This document shows positions 30,225-41,300 of a DNA stretch of 64,000 nt, in pieces (the first letter of the stretch is position 1; every line of letters starts with the position of its first letter). The DNA lies in the NCBI GenBank assembly GCA_963782055.1, contig CAWAIF010000003.1, positions 2,400,001 through 2,464,000 on the forward strand. The letters run 5' to 3'. Position numbers and translations under genes: made by a program. Below the pieces are notes generated by a model. It was not told the origin of the DNA, did not search any database, and saw only the letters and a program-made list of their open reading frames with translations. Source of the DNA: an uncultured delta proteobacterium. GTDB taxonomy: Bacteria > Myxococcota_A > Polyangia > Polyangiales > Polyangiaceae.

Positions 30225-30626
30225 TCAGTTGTCCGGCAGCGTGCACTGGCACGCGCCGTTGACGCACGACGCGTTCGGCCCGCCGCACTGGGCGGTGCGG
30301 TACGTGAAGACGCACTTGCCCTGCGAGCAATAGCCGTGCGTATAGACGGCGTGCCACGACCCGAAGGTGCACTCGGAGGGGGGCAGGGGGCACGGGTCGA
30401 GCCCGTCGGCGCAGGCCTGGTCGATGGTCTTCGGGTACCAGACGTCGGGGAGCCCTGCGTCGACCTCCGGGCAGAAGTGGAGCGGGGGACCCGCGTCGAA
30501 GGCCCCGGAGCCGTCGCCGGTCACACCGCCGTCGTCGCCGGAGGACGAGTCGTCTCCGCCGCATGCCAGCCCCACGGCCCCACTCGCGATCATCACCGCC
30601 GCGCCAACGAACCAACGTGCTCGCAT
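30225..30626 (-). CDS. Small Cys-rich lipoprotein
   Basis: Lipobox GLAC|GGDD; about 10 Cys residues. Confidence 0.75.
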   Translation of the reverse strand: MRARWFVGAAVMIASGAVGLACGGDDSSSGDDGGVTGDGSGAFDAGPPLHFCPEVDAGLPDVWYPKTIDQACADGLDPCPLPPSECTFGSWHAVYTHGYCSQGKCVFTYRTAQCGGPNASCVNGACQCTLPDN

Positions 30627-30688
30627 CGGGCGCAACCCTATCGCAGTCCCGGCGTGCCGTCAGCCGGCTCGCGGTCCGCCGGGCCCCT

Positions 30689-31666
30689 TCAGTCCCCGAG
30701 CGGGCTCGGCTTGTTGCCGAGCGCGCCGTCCACGGCGTCCATCACCTGCTGGTCCAGCCGGATGCTCACCTCGAGCGCCTTCATGTTCTCGGTGACCTGC
30801 TCCTTCTTGCTGGCGCCGGTGATGACGCTCGAGACGTCCGGGTTCTTCAGGCACCAGGCGATGGCGAGCTGCGCCATCGTGCAGCCCAGCTCCTTCGCGA
30901 TGGGCGCGAGCGCGCGCACCTTCGCGATGCGCTCCTCGTCGAGCACCATCTCCGCGAGCCACTTCATGTTGGCGAGGTCCAGGCGCGAGCCCTTCGGGAT
31001 TCCGTCGTTGTACTTTCCGGTCAGCAGGCCGGAGGCGAGCGGGCTCCAGATCGTGGTGCCGTAGCCCAGCTCCTTGAAGACCGGCGCGTACTCCACCTCC
31101 ATCCGGCGGCGCCACAGCATGTTGTACTGCGGCTGCTCCATCGTCGGCGGGGTCAGCCCGTTCTCCTTCGCGATGCCGTGCGCGCGCATGATGTCCGCGC
31201 CGCTCCACTCGCTCGTGCCCCAGTAGAAGATCTTGCCCTGGCGCACGAGCACGTCCATCGCGCGCACCGTCTCCTCGATGGGCGTCTCCGGGTCGGGCCG
31301 GTGGCAGAAGCACAGGTCGACGTAGTCGAGCTGCAGCCGCTTCAGCGCGCCGTGGACGCCCTCGATCACGTGCTTGTGGGAGAGGCCCTTGTCGTTGGGT
31401 CCGTCCCCGCCCCAGAACACCTTCGTCGAGACCACGTACGACTCGCGCCGCCAGCCCTTCTTCTTCAGGACGCTGCCCATCACGACCTCGGCCTTGCCGC
31501 CGCCGTACGCCTCCGCGTTGTCGAAGAAGTTCACGCCGGCGTCCCAGGCGGCCTGCATGCACTCCGCGGCCACCTCCTCGCCGATCTGGCTGCCCATCGT
31601 GACCCACGCGCCGAGCGACAGCGCGCTCACCTTGAGGCCGGACTTCCCGAGACGTCGATATTCCAT
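30689..31666 (-). CDS. Aldo/keto reductase (Kv-beta-like subfamily)
   Basis: [56 protein letters not shown]. Confidence 0.95.
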   Translation of the reverse strand: MEYRRLGKSGLKVSALSLGAWVTMGSQIGEEVAAECMQAAWDAGVNFFDNAEAYGGGKAEVVMGSVLKKKGWRRESYVVSTKVFWGGDGPNDKGLSHKHVIEGVHGALKRLQLDYVDLCFCHRPDPETPIEETVRAMDVLVRQGKIFYWGTSEWSGADIMRAHGIAKENGLTPPTMEQPQYNMLWRRRMEVEYAPVFKELGYGTTIWSPLASGLLTGKYNDGIPKGSRLDLANMKWLAEMVLDEERIAKVRALAPIAKELGCTMAQLAIAWCLKNPDVSSVITGASKKEQVTENMKALEVSIRLDQQVMDAVDGALGNKPSPLGD

Positions 31667-31743
31667 GCTGCCTCCGATGCGAGCGGGCGCGCGCCCATCG
31701 CGCGCCCCGGACCCGCGGCGCGGAACATGCTAATGCCTTCCGC

Positions 31744-32166
31744 GTGCGACGAATCCTTTTCGTTGGATGGCTGACGGCCGTCGCCCTCCCGGCGTGCAAC
31801 GGCGCCCGGAACGAGGCGAGAGTGCTCGTGCCCGCGGTGGACCAGTACCGCGCCGCGGCCAACAGTCAGAAGCCCGAGCTGGCCGACGCCCTCGACAAGG
31901 TGCCCTGCAGCGACCCGGAGGTGTGCGCCGCGCGGGACGCCTGCACCAAGGCGGCCGACCCCACGGCGAAGGGCCTCCGCCTCCAGAAGGAGGTCGAGCA
32001 GGGCCTGGACGACGTCAAGTCGGGCAAGCTGGCGGCGGACTCGGAGAAGGCCAAGGGGCTGCCGGGGAAGCTCCAGGAGTCCGGCAAGCTCCTCAAGCAG
32101 GGCTTCGACGCCCTGAAGGACTGCGACGAGCGCGTCGAGCGGCTGAAGGTCAAGTACAACCTCTGA
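31744..32166 (+). CDS. Hypothetical helical lipoprotein
   Basis: Lipobox LPAC; strong codon bias. Confidence 0.75.
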   Translation: MRRILFVGWLTAVALPACNGARNEARVLVPAVDQYRAAANSQKPELADALDKVPCSDPEVCAARDACTKAADPTAKGLRLQKEVEQGLDDVKSGKLAADSEKAKGLPGKLQESGKLLKQGFDALKDCDERVERLKVKYNL

Positions 32167-32334
32167 CAGCCGGCGCTCGACCCGCAGATCGTTAGCGTGC
32201 ACATGAACAGGCGCCTGTCCGCGTCGTCGTGGGGGCCTGGCGGGCGTGGCGCCGCCCGCGCGTGGCGGGCGACGCGGCGCCCAGCGCGTCCCGGGCTCGG
32301 CACGAGCGGGCAGTCGTGCTAAGCCACATCCCCC

Positions 32335-34009
<1,675 letters not shown>

Positions 34010-34067
34010 CGCCGCTCGTGATGGCGGGTGGGGGGCCGTCGGCCAGCTCGGCGTGCGGCGTCCGATC

Positions 34068-34188
34068 GCGAGCGTGCTAGCGGTCGCGACGCCGGCGGCG
34101 GGCGGGTGTCCGGGGACAGGCCGCAGGGACACCCCGGACAGGTCGTCGCGGGGAAAACCGGCGCGTTTCTGGCGGCGTGCTTCGTGCA
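34068..34188 (+). promoter_or_regulatory. Conserved upstream element 3 (inverted relative to the gene) plus sigma-54-like box
   Basis: GCGAGCGTGCTAGC 34068-34081; TGTCC 34107, GGACA 34114/34127/34136; CGGCGTGCTTCGTGCA 34173-34188 (GG-N10-GC); GTG start 12 nt after GC. Confidence 0.65.
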
Positions 34189-34199
34189 AATCCCCGGTC

Positions 34200-35576
34200 G
34201 TGACCATCTCCTGGCGCTTCGACCGCGGGACCCTGCTCGTTCAGGGTGACGCCGCATCCGGCTGGCCCGGCGTGGTGTGGGATCCTCGCACCCAGAACCT
34301 CCGCGCCGCCGCCCATCGGTACCGCGCGCTGCGGCGCGCCGCGACCACCTCCGGCGTCTCCTTCACCGACCCCATCCCCGCGCGCTGGTCCCGCTCCCGG
34401 CAGTGGGCGCCCCCTTCGCTCCGTCCCTACCAGCGCGACGCGGTCATGGCGTGGCTCGGCCAGGGCAAGCGCGGTGTCATCGTGCTGCCCACGGGTGCGG
34501 GCAAGACGCGGGTGGCCCTCGCGGCCGCCGCCGCCGTGCGCGGCCCGACCGCCGTCCTCTGCCCCACCCGCGTCCTGCTCGGGCAGTGGCTCGAGGCGCT
34601 GAAGCAGGTCTACGCCGGCCCCCTGGGCGTGCTCGGTGATGGCGAGTCGCGCATCGAGCCCGTCACCGTCATGACCTTCGAGAGCGCCTTCCGCCGCATG
34701 GATGCGCTGGGAGATCGCTTCGCCCTGCTCGTCGTGGACGAGGTCCACCACTTCGCGTCCGGCCTCCGCGCCGAGGCGCTGGAGGCGTGCGTCGCACCCT
34801 ATCGGCTCGGCCTCACCGCCACGGCGCCGGAGGCCGCCAGCGCCGGCGAGCTCACGCTCGATGACCTCGTCGGCCCGGTCGCCTTCGCCATGTCCATCGG
34901 CGATCTCAGCGGGACACACCTCGCGGCCTTCGACGTCGTGCGCCTGCGCGTCGGGCTCACCGCCGCCGAGCGCGCCGAGTACGTGCGCATGGCGCGCCCG
35001 TACCTCGAGCTGCAGGCGGCGCTGCGCCGTGCCACGCCGTCGATCGACTGGGAAGGGACGATGCGCGCCATGGCGTCCACGGCGGACGGGCGTCGCGCCA
35101 TCCGCGCGTGGCAGGGGGCCGTCGCGCTCGCCGCCTTCCCGGAGGAGAAGCGCCGCCTCGCCGCCGCGCTGATCGAGCGTCATCGCGACGACAAGACCCT
35201 CGTCTTCGCGTCGCGCGCGTCCGACGCCCGGACCGTCTCGTCGGACAGCCTGGTGCCCGCCATCACCGCCGAGATCGTGCGCGAGGAGCGCGACGCGGTC
35301 ATGGCCCGTTTCCGTGACGGCACCCTCCGCTGCGTCGTCTCCGCGCGCGTGCTGAACGAGGGCGTCGACGTACCCGACGCCAACGTCGCCGTCCTGCTCG
35401 GCGGGGCGCTCGGGGTGCGCGAGCAGGCGCAGCGGGTGGGGCGCGTGCTCCGGCCCGGCCCCGGCAAGCGGGCCATCGTCTACGACATCGCGACCGCGGG
35501 CACCGTCGACGCGGATCGCGCCGACCGCAAGTGGAGGAGATTTGCTGCCCAGACCCTACCTGCAATGCCAGGGTGA
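34200..35576 (+). CDS. XPB/Ssl2-like superfamily II DNA helicase
   Basis: LRPYQ, LPTGAGKT, DEVHH, LGLTAT, LNEGVDVPDA, QRVGRVLR. Confidence 0.9.
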   Translation: MTISWRFDRGTLLVQGDAASGWPGVVWDPRTQNLRAAAHRYRALRRAATTSGVSFTDPIPARWSRSRQWAPPSLRPYQRDAVMAWLGQGKRGVIVLPTGAGKTRVALAAAAAVRGPTAVLCPTRVLLGQWLEALKQVYAGPLGVLGDGESRIEPVTVMTFESAFRRMDALGDRFALLVVDEVHHFASGLRAEALEACVAPYRLGLTATAPEAASAGELTLDDLVGPVAFAMSIGDLSGTHLAAFDVVRLRVGLTAAERAEYVRMARPYLELQAALRRATPSIDWEGTMRAMASTADGRRAIRAWQGAVALAAFPEEKRRLAAALIERHRDDKTLVFASRASDARTVSSDSLVPAITAEIVREERDAVMARFRDGTLRCVVSARVLNEGVDVPDANVAVLLGGALGVREQAQRVGRVLRPGPGKRAIVYDIATAGTVDADRADRKWRRFAAQTLPAMPG

Positions 35577-36699
35577 CGGCGCGCGGGTGCGTCCCTCGTG
35601 GCTCGAGCCGCGTCATGACGCGTGGCTGCGCTCCGTCCTGGAGCAGCTCGACGCCTGCGCCGGCCGGACCGCGGCGGAGGTCGAGCGCCGGGGCGAGGAC
35701 GTGGCGCTCGGCGCGCGCCGGCATGGCATCTCCGCGCCCGCGGCCCTCGGCGTGTGGCATGTCGCGCGGCAGTGGGCGACGACCGTCGTGGCATCCCCCG
35801 TGCCGCCGCGCGCCTTGCGCGAGGAAGCCTTCGCGCTGGCGGCGCACGCGGGCCCGGACGAGGCGATCGCCACCCTGGTCGCACGCTTGCAGGCCGGCGC
35901 GGACGAGGTCCGCGCGTGGCTCTACGCGGACGTCCCCGCCGCGCGCATCCTGCGGCCGAAGGAGCTGCCGGCGCCGGAGGCGCTGCGCGACGCCTACAAC
36001 ATGGCGCTCGCCCAGGGCCTGGTCGGCTGCTGCCTCCGCGTCAGCGTCCGAGCCGACGAGAACCTCCGCGCTGTCGTGCGCGCCGCGAAGCTTCGCGGGC
36101 TGATCGTCGCCGTCGCCGCCGACGACCCGGTCCTCGAGGCCTCCGGGCCGCTCGCCCTCTTCCGCCACACGACCAAGTACGCCCGGGCGCTCGCGACGTT
36201 CATTCCGTCGCTGGTGTCGATCACAGGCTGGTCTCTCGAGGGCGATCTGGTGATGGGCGAGACGCCGCGGACCCTCTTCCTCGACGCCGCGTCGCCGCTG
36301 CCCCGGACGTGGGCGCTGCCGCAGCGCGCGGACAGCGCCCTGGAGCGCGCCTTGATGAAGGCGCTGCGCCGCGCGAAGAGCGAATGGAAGGTGCTGCGCG
36401 AGCCCGTGGTCCTTCGCGCGGGGAGCGAGCTCTTCTTCCCGGATTTCGTGCTCGAGCGCGGCGACGATCGCGTCATGGTGGAGGTCGTCGGCTTCTGGAC
36501 GCCCGATTACCTCGAACGCAAGATGGCGCAGCTCGCCACGGTGACCGACGCGCCGCTCGTCGTGTGCGTCGACGAGACCCTCGCGTGCGATCCCTCGCGA
36601 CTGCCCCACGCCAGCGTGGTGCGCTTCCGGCGCCGGATGGACCCCACCGCCCTGCTCGCCGCGGCGGAGGGCGCGCTCGCGAAGAGGGTCGCCTGCTAG
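35542..36699 (+). CDS. DUF790 / Bax1-like PD-(D/E)xK nuclease
   Basis: LYAD, YNMALAQGL, GPLALFRHTTKYA, FPDF...EVVGFWTPDYLERK; overlaps the helicase 3' end. Confidence 0.87.
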   Translation: MLPRPYLQCQGDGARVRPSWLEPRHDAWLRSVLEQLDACAGRTAAEVERRGEDVALGARRHGISAPAALGVWHVARQWATTVVASPVPPRALREEAFALAAHAGPDEAIATLVARLQAGADEVRAWLYADVPAARILRPKELPAPEALRDAYNMALAQGLVGCCLRVSVRADENLRAVVRAAKLRGLIVAVAADDPVLEASGPLALFRHTTKYARALATFIPSLVSITGWSLEGDLVMGETPRTLFLDAASPLPRTWALPQRADSALERALMKALRRAKSEWKVLREPVVLRAGSELFFPDFVLERGDDRVMVEVVGFWTPDYLERKMAQLATVTDAPLVVCVDETLACDPSRLPHASVVRFRRRMDPTALLAAAEGALAKRVAC

Positions 36700-36708
36700 T
36701 CTGACGGC

Positions 36709-36939
36709 ATGGGCAATCCTCTCGAAGGTGGCGAGCACTTCCTCCGGGTGGTGGGCCGGCGGCAGCGACCCCCTCTGGGTTGCGTCCCCCCGCCGGAGAC
36801 GCGCGCGGCGATGGACCGGATGGCGCGCTACCGCACACACGCGCCGAAGGGGGTGTTCCTGTACCGAAGCCACGAGGAGGCCAACGCTGACCGCGATCGG
36901 TGGCTCACCGAGGCGATCGTGGCCGCGCATGCCCGATGA
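36709..36939 (+). CDS. Small hypothetical protein (possible partner of a nucleotidyltransferase)
   Basis: 76 aa; PKGVFLYRSHEEAN motif; TAGTCT -10 box 6 nt before ATG. Confidence 0.6.
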   Translation: MGNPLEGGEHFLRVVGRRQRPPLGCVPPPETRAAMDRMARYRTHAPKGVFLYRSHEEANADRDRWLTEAIVAAHAR

Positions 36940-37050
36940 CCGAGTACTCGCGCCCAGCGACCGCGAGGGCCCCTACGCGGTCCGGATCAACGACGAGTTC
37001 ACCGTCGACGTGATGGCTGCCGCCTGCGGGCACGGGTGGGAGGAGCTCCG
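36929..37050 (+). pseudogene. Remnant of a nucleotidyltransferase-like gene
   Basis: MPDD...VRINDEFTVDVMAAACGHGWEEL resembles an internal segment of small NTase-fold proteins (from recall); runs into the convergent FHA gene. Confidence 0.4.
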
Positions 37051-37061
37051 CCCACCACACG

Positions 37062-37979
37062 TCAGCTCCCGCCAGAGAAGGCTCCGAGAACCCAGAGCAG
37101 GACGGCGACGCACGCGGCGATGAACGCCACGCCGAGCGCGAGGATACCCGCGCGGCGGAGGTCGTCGCGGGGACGCGCGTCGGCGACGTGTCCCGTGGGT
37201 GGCGCGTTCGCGAGGGGGCCTGCGCCCGCGGGTGAGGGAGCGGCCCCCTGCGGTGACGCCTCCGGCTCCACGGCGGCGGCCACGAGCGAAGGCGCGCTCT
37301 CCGGTGCGTCGGCTGCCAGCTCGCCGACGATCTCGTCGGTGGAAACCGGCGCAAGGAGCGCCAGCACGGTGTCTCCGACCCGCAGCGCCCTCCCTCGATC
37401 CCATGTCGCCTCCTTCTGCGGCTCGAGGCGCGACGCGCCGAGGAACGTCCCCCGCGCCGATCCGAGATCGCGCACCAGGACCTCGCCGCGGCGCAGGACC
37501 AGCCGCGCGTGTGCGCGCGAGAGCGACGCATCGGCGATCACCCAGTCGCAGCTCTTTCCGCGCCCGAGCCTCACCGGCTGCCCTTCCACGTCCAGATCCC
37601 GATGCGCGCCGAGGGAAGGGCCGCCCACGACGAGCACCCGCGGCGCCCTACGGGCGCGGCGGACCGCGACCAGCGCCAGCTCCGCGGTCCCGGCGGGTAC
37701 CTGCGTCTCCTCGTGGGTCACCTCCGCCTCGACCGGGCCCAGACGCACGCGGTCGCCGGGCACGAGCGCGCGAGACTCACCCGGCAGCACGTGGACCTCG
37801 CCGACCGACACCTCGGCCTGCCCCTCGGGCTCCAGCAGCGTCCACCCGTCACCCGGGCGGAGTCTCGCGTGGCGCACGGCCAGACCGGCCACCACGACGT
37901 CGCACGCGCGATCCGCCCCGAGGACGAGCGCGCGCTCGACGGACACGCGCCTCTCGCCGATCGTCAGAATTAGCGGCAT
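37062..37979 (-). CDS. Membrane-anchored protein with two FHA domains
   Basis: LGRGKSCDWVIADASLSRAHA...DLGSARGTFL canonical FHA; degenerate N-terminal FHA; C-terminal TM. Confidence 0.85.
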   Translation of the reverse strand: MPLILTIGERRVSVERALVLGADRACDVVVAGLAVRHARLRPGDGWTLLEPEGQAEVSVGEVHVLPGESRALVPGDRVRLGPVEAEVTHEETQVPAGTAELALVAVRRARRAPRVLVVGGPSLGAHRDLDVEGQPVRLGRGKSCDWVIADASLSRAHARLVLRRGEVLVRDLGSARGTFLGASRLEPQKEATWDRGRALRVGDTVLALLAPVSTDEIVGELAADAPESAPSLVAAAVEPEASPQGAAPSPAGAGPLANAPPTGHVADARPRDDLRRAGILALGVAFIAACVAVLLWVLGAFSGGS

Positions 37980-38021
37980 TGCTCGCTAGACTAGCACCCT
38001 CTCACAAGCGAGTATGGGCGC

Positions 38022-39506
38022 GTGGGTGACCGCTTCGAGCACGACGTGGGCGACCGCATCGGCGGCAAGCGCGGGGAGTACCGCGTCAAGCAGCGCCTCG
38101 GCGCGGGCGGCATGGGCGCGTGCTACCTGGTCGAGGACACCGACGCCCCGCGGCAGTACGTGCTCAAGACGATGCAGTCGCGCCTCGCGCAGAAGAAGAG
38201 CGCGCTCGACGCCTTCGAGCTGGAGGCGCGTGGTCTCATCGCGCTGCACGCCTGTCCCAACGTCGTGCAGGTCTATCACCTGGACTACGCGAGGGATGGC
38301 GTACCCTTCTACCTCATGGAGGTGCTCAGCGGCCTGTCGGTGCGCGAGATGCTCCACCGCCGCACCCGGCTGCACGCGGAGGCCGTCGTCGGGATCGGCA
38401 TTGGCATCGCCAAGGCGCTCGTCTTCGCCCACGACAAGCAGGTCGTCCACTGCGACCTGAAACCGGACAACGTCTTCGCCGTCCGGACCGAGGAGGGCAC
38501 GGTGGTCAAGCTCATCGACTTCGGCGTGATGACGGCGCACCTCGTCCGCGCGGGCTACCATGGCGCAGGCGGCACGCCATCGTACATGGCGCCGGAGCAG
38601 CTCCGCGGCGAGCCGGTCGACACCCGCGCCGACATCTTCGCCTTCGGCGTCATGCTTTACGAGATGCTCGTGGGCATGCACCCCTTTGCCGACTTCGGGC
38701 TGGACGAGAAGGGGGCGCTGGCGCGCGTCAACGCGATGCCACCGTCGATCGCCGAGGCGCTCCCGGAGATGCCGTGGAAGCTCTCCAACCACCTCGATCA
38801 CCTCCTCGAGAAGATGCTGCACCCCAGCCGCGCCCTGCGCTGCGGGGACGCCTCGGAGGTGCTCGTCAAGCTGCACCAGGCCGAGCGCATCGCGAGGCAG
38901 CTCGCGAAGGGGGATGTCCACGCCGCCACCACCAACCCCGGCGCGCCCCCCGAGCAGCTGCTCGCGCAGACCACCGGGGTCGTCGACGAGGACGCCGTCG
39001 CCGCGCGCACCAATCCCAACCTGGATCTCGCCAGCGAGCCGGAGCTCGCCGCCGCCGTCGCCCAGACGGTGGAGGCGAGCACCTCTCCCCCGTCCAGGCC
39101 CTTGCCCGAGCCGGATCGACGCAACGTGAACTACGTCTCCACGCCGCCGAGCTCGTACGACCGCGCCGTGGAGGCGGCGCAGATGCTCGAGCCTGCTCCC
39201 GCCAGCCTGGAGCTCACCTCCGGGGAGCGCGAGTTCGTCGACAACCTGGCGAAGCACGTCGAGGAGCAGAGCGGGGGCGTGAGGCTCGGGGGCACGCCGC
39301 GCCCCGCGGCGACGGTGGTGGAAGGGGAGGACTACCACCGTCGCCTCAGCCGCGGACGGCTGCCCCTCCCGCTCCTCGTCGCCCTCGCCGCCCTCGGCGT
39401 GGCGCTCGTCACGGGCATCGCGATCTTCGCCCTCTCCGGCCCGGGCGCGGCGGGCGTCGCGCCCGCGTCGCAAAGTGGCCGTGCAGCTCATCCTGCCGTA
39501 CCCTGA
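38022..39506 (+). CDS. Membrane Ser/Thr protein kinase
   Basis: LGAGGMG, VLK, HCDLKPDN, DFG, GTPSYMAPEQ; C-terminal TM. Confidence 0.93.
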   Translation: MGDRFEHDVGDRIGGKRGEYRVKQRLGAGGMGACYLVEDTDAPRQYVLKTMQSRLAQKKSALDAFELEARGLIALHACPNVVQVYHLDYARDGVPFYLMEVLSGLSVREMLHRRTRLHAEAVVGIGIGIAKALVFAHDKQVVHCDLKPDNVFAVRTEEGTVVKLIDFGVMTAHLVRAGYHGAGGTPSYMAPEQLRGEPVDTRADIFAFGVMLYEMLVGMHPFADFGLDEKGALARVNAMPPSIAEALPEMPWKLSNHLDHLLEKMLHPSRALRCGDASEVLVKLHQAERIARQLAKGDVHAATTNPGAPPEQLLAQTTGVVDEDAVAARTNPNLDLASEPELAAAVAQTVEASTSPPSRPLPEPDRRNVNYVSTPPSSYDRAVEAAQMLEPAPASLELTSGEREFVDNLAKHVEEQSGGVRLGGTPRPAATVVEGEDYHRRLSRGRLPLPLLVALAALGVALVTGIAIFALSGPGAAGVAPASQSGRAAHPAVP

Positions 39507-40302
39507 CGAGCCGCGGATGACCAAGCGCGCCGACACCAATCCGACCTTCCCTGCCCCCCCGGCGAACGGCCCTGGCGATCCGCTGGACGCCATGCTCGAC
39601 GACCTCGCCAAGCCGAAGGCGCTGGACCACAAGGCGCAGGCGGCCGCTTCGTCGGGCCACGACGCCGTCGAGTACGCCGGCGAGATCCACGCCCCCGCGC
39701 CGCGCGCGGACCACAACACCTTCCCCGACGCGCCGGTCATCGTGCAAAGGACCGATCCTGGCCTCGGAGATCCACTCGGGATCACCCCGGAGGAGCGCAG
39801 CCGGCTGGAGCAGGACTTCGCTCGCCGCCGCGAGCGGGAGGAGCGCGTAGCGCAGACCAGCCCCCGCAAGCAAGACGCTCCGCCCGTCACGACCGACCCC
39901 GCGAGGCCGGCGGGGTCGGGCGGGCGCAAGGTGCTGCTCGGGGCGATCGTGGTCGCCGTGATCGCGGGGATCGCGCTGGTCGTCGCGCACGGCGCCGGAC
40001 CGAAGCCCCAGCGTCGCACGACGACCGCGACCGCGAGCGCGAGCGTCGCCCCCGTCGTGACGGCCACCGCGCCGAGCGCGAAGTCGACCGCGAGCGTGTC
40101 GCCGGTCGAGATCGCGACGGCCGCACCGGTCGGCACGGCGAAGCCGCACCCCGCGCCGACCGTGCAGGTCGCGCCGCCCGCGCAGGCGACGAGCACCGCG
40201 CAGGCGACGAGCACCGCACCGGCGACCGCGACGGTGCCGCAGGCCTCCGCAGCGCCCACCGCGACAATGACCGCGCCGCCCGGGTTCAAGCCCCACAACT
40301 GA
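39475..40302 (+). CDS. Single-pass membrane protein with Pro/Ala/Thr-rich extracellular stalk
   Basis: TM VLLGAIVVAVIAGIALVVA; low-complexity tail; ATG 39517 is an alternative start. Confidence 0.7.
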   Translation: MAVQLILPYPDEPRMTKRADTNPTFPAPPANGPGDPLDAMLDDLAKPKALDHKAQAAASSGHDAVEYAGEIHAPAPRADHNTFPDAPVIVQRTDPGLGDPLGITPEERSRLEQDFARRREREERVAQTSPRKQDAPPVTTDPARPAGSGGRKVLLGAIVVAVIAGIALVVAHGAGPKPQRRTTTATASASVAPVVTATAPSAKSTASVSPVEIATAAPVGTAKPHPAPTVQVAPPAQATSTAQATSTAPATATVPQASAAPTATMTAPPGFKPHN

Positions 40303-40308
40303 TCCTCG

Positions 40309-41289
40309 ATGATGCGAGCCACCACCCTCCTCCTCCCCGCGCTGCTGCTCCTCACCCCCGCTGCGCTCGCGCAGACGGACAACCGCGCCGAGTCCGATCG
40401 CCTCTTCGACGAGGGGCTCGCCCTGGCGAACAAGGGCGACTTCGATCACGCGCGCGTCAAGTTCGCCGCGGCGTACGCGAAGTTTCCCAGCCCCAACTCC
40501 CTGCTCAACCTGGCCAAGAGCGAGCAGCTCTCGGGCCACTGCGTCGAGGCCCTCCCGCACTTCCGCGCCTACGTGGCGCTCCCCGCCAACCCGCGTGTCA
40601 GCGAGACGGACCGCGCGGCGGCGCGCGGGGCGATCGGCGCGTGCCGGCAGACCATCGGCACGCTCGTGATCGTCGCGCCGCCGGGCACGGCGGTCTACGT
40701 CGACGGCGCGCCCATGGCGCTCTCGCAGCAGAGCACCGTCGAGGTGGAGCCCGGGCAGCACCAGGTCAAGCTCGGCGGCGACGCCGGCCTGCGCACCCGC
40801 GCGGTCACCGCGGAGGAGGGGAAGGACACCCTCGTCGAGTACGAGCCGAAGAAGACGCAGAGCGGCGCGGGCACGCCGCAGCCGCATGGGGGGGAGACGC
40901 CGCCGGCCTCGACGCCGGCGCCGCACCGCTCGGTGGCCGGCTGGGTCGTCCCGGTGGCGCTCGGCGTCGTCGGGCTGTCCGGTGTCGGCGTGGGCATCGG
41001 CGCAGGCGCCGCGTCCTTCTCCGCCGCGAACGACGCCGACGCGCTGCGGACGCCGGGGATCTGCGTCGACCGCGCGTCGAGCGCATGCGCCGCCTACACC
41101 GACAAGCTGGACTCGCAGAACACCCTGTCCACGGTCGCGGTCATCGGCTACGTGACCGGTGGCGTGTGCCTCGCGGGCGCGATAGCGGCCTTCGTCGCGA
41201 TGGCTCCGTCGAAGCAGGCCGATCACGTCGCGCTGGTGCCGGTGCTCGGCACCGATCGCGCGGGCTTCGCCGTCACCGGACGATTCTAG
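40309..41289 (+). CDS. TPR + PEGA-like domain protein
   Basis: Signal peptide; LFDEG..AAAYAKFPSPNSLLNLA TPR; APPGTAVYVDG..VEPGQHQV PEGA-like; C-terminal hydrophobic hairpin ending GRF. Confidence 0.8.
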   Translation: MMRATTLLLPALLLLTPAALAQTDNRAESDRLFDEGLALANKGDFDHARVKFAAAYAKFPSPNSLLNLAKSEQLSGHCVEALPHFRAYVALPANPRVSETDRAAARGAIGACRQTIGTLVIVAPPGTAVYVDGAPMALSQQSTVEVEPGQHQVKLGGDAGLRTRAVTAEEGKDTLVEYEPKKTQSGAGTPQPHGGETPPASTPAPHRSVAGWVVPVALGVVGLSGVGVGIGAGAASFSAANDADALRTPGICVDRASSACAAYTDKLDSQNTLSTVAVIGYVTGGVCLAGAIAAFVAMAPSKQADHVALVPVLGTDRAGFAVTGRF

Positions 41290-41300
41290 GGGATTACCAA

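Noticed and set aside
32167..32334. SRP RNA (ffs) next to ffh
   Set aside because: No SRP domain IV signature (GGAA tetraloop with AGCAG) visible
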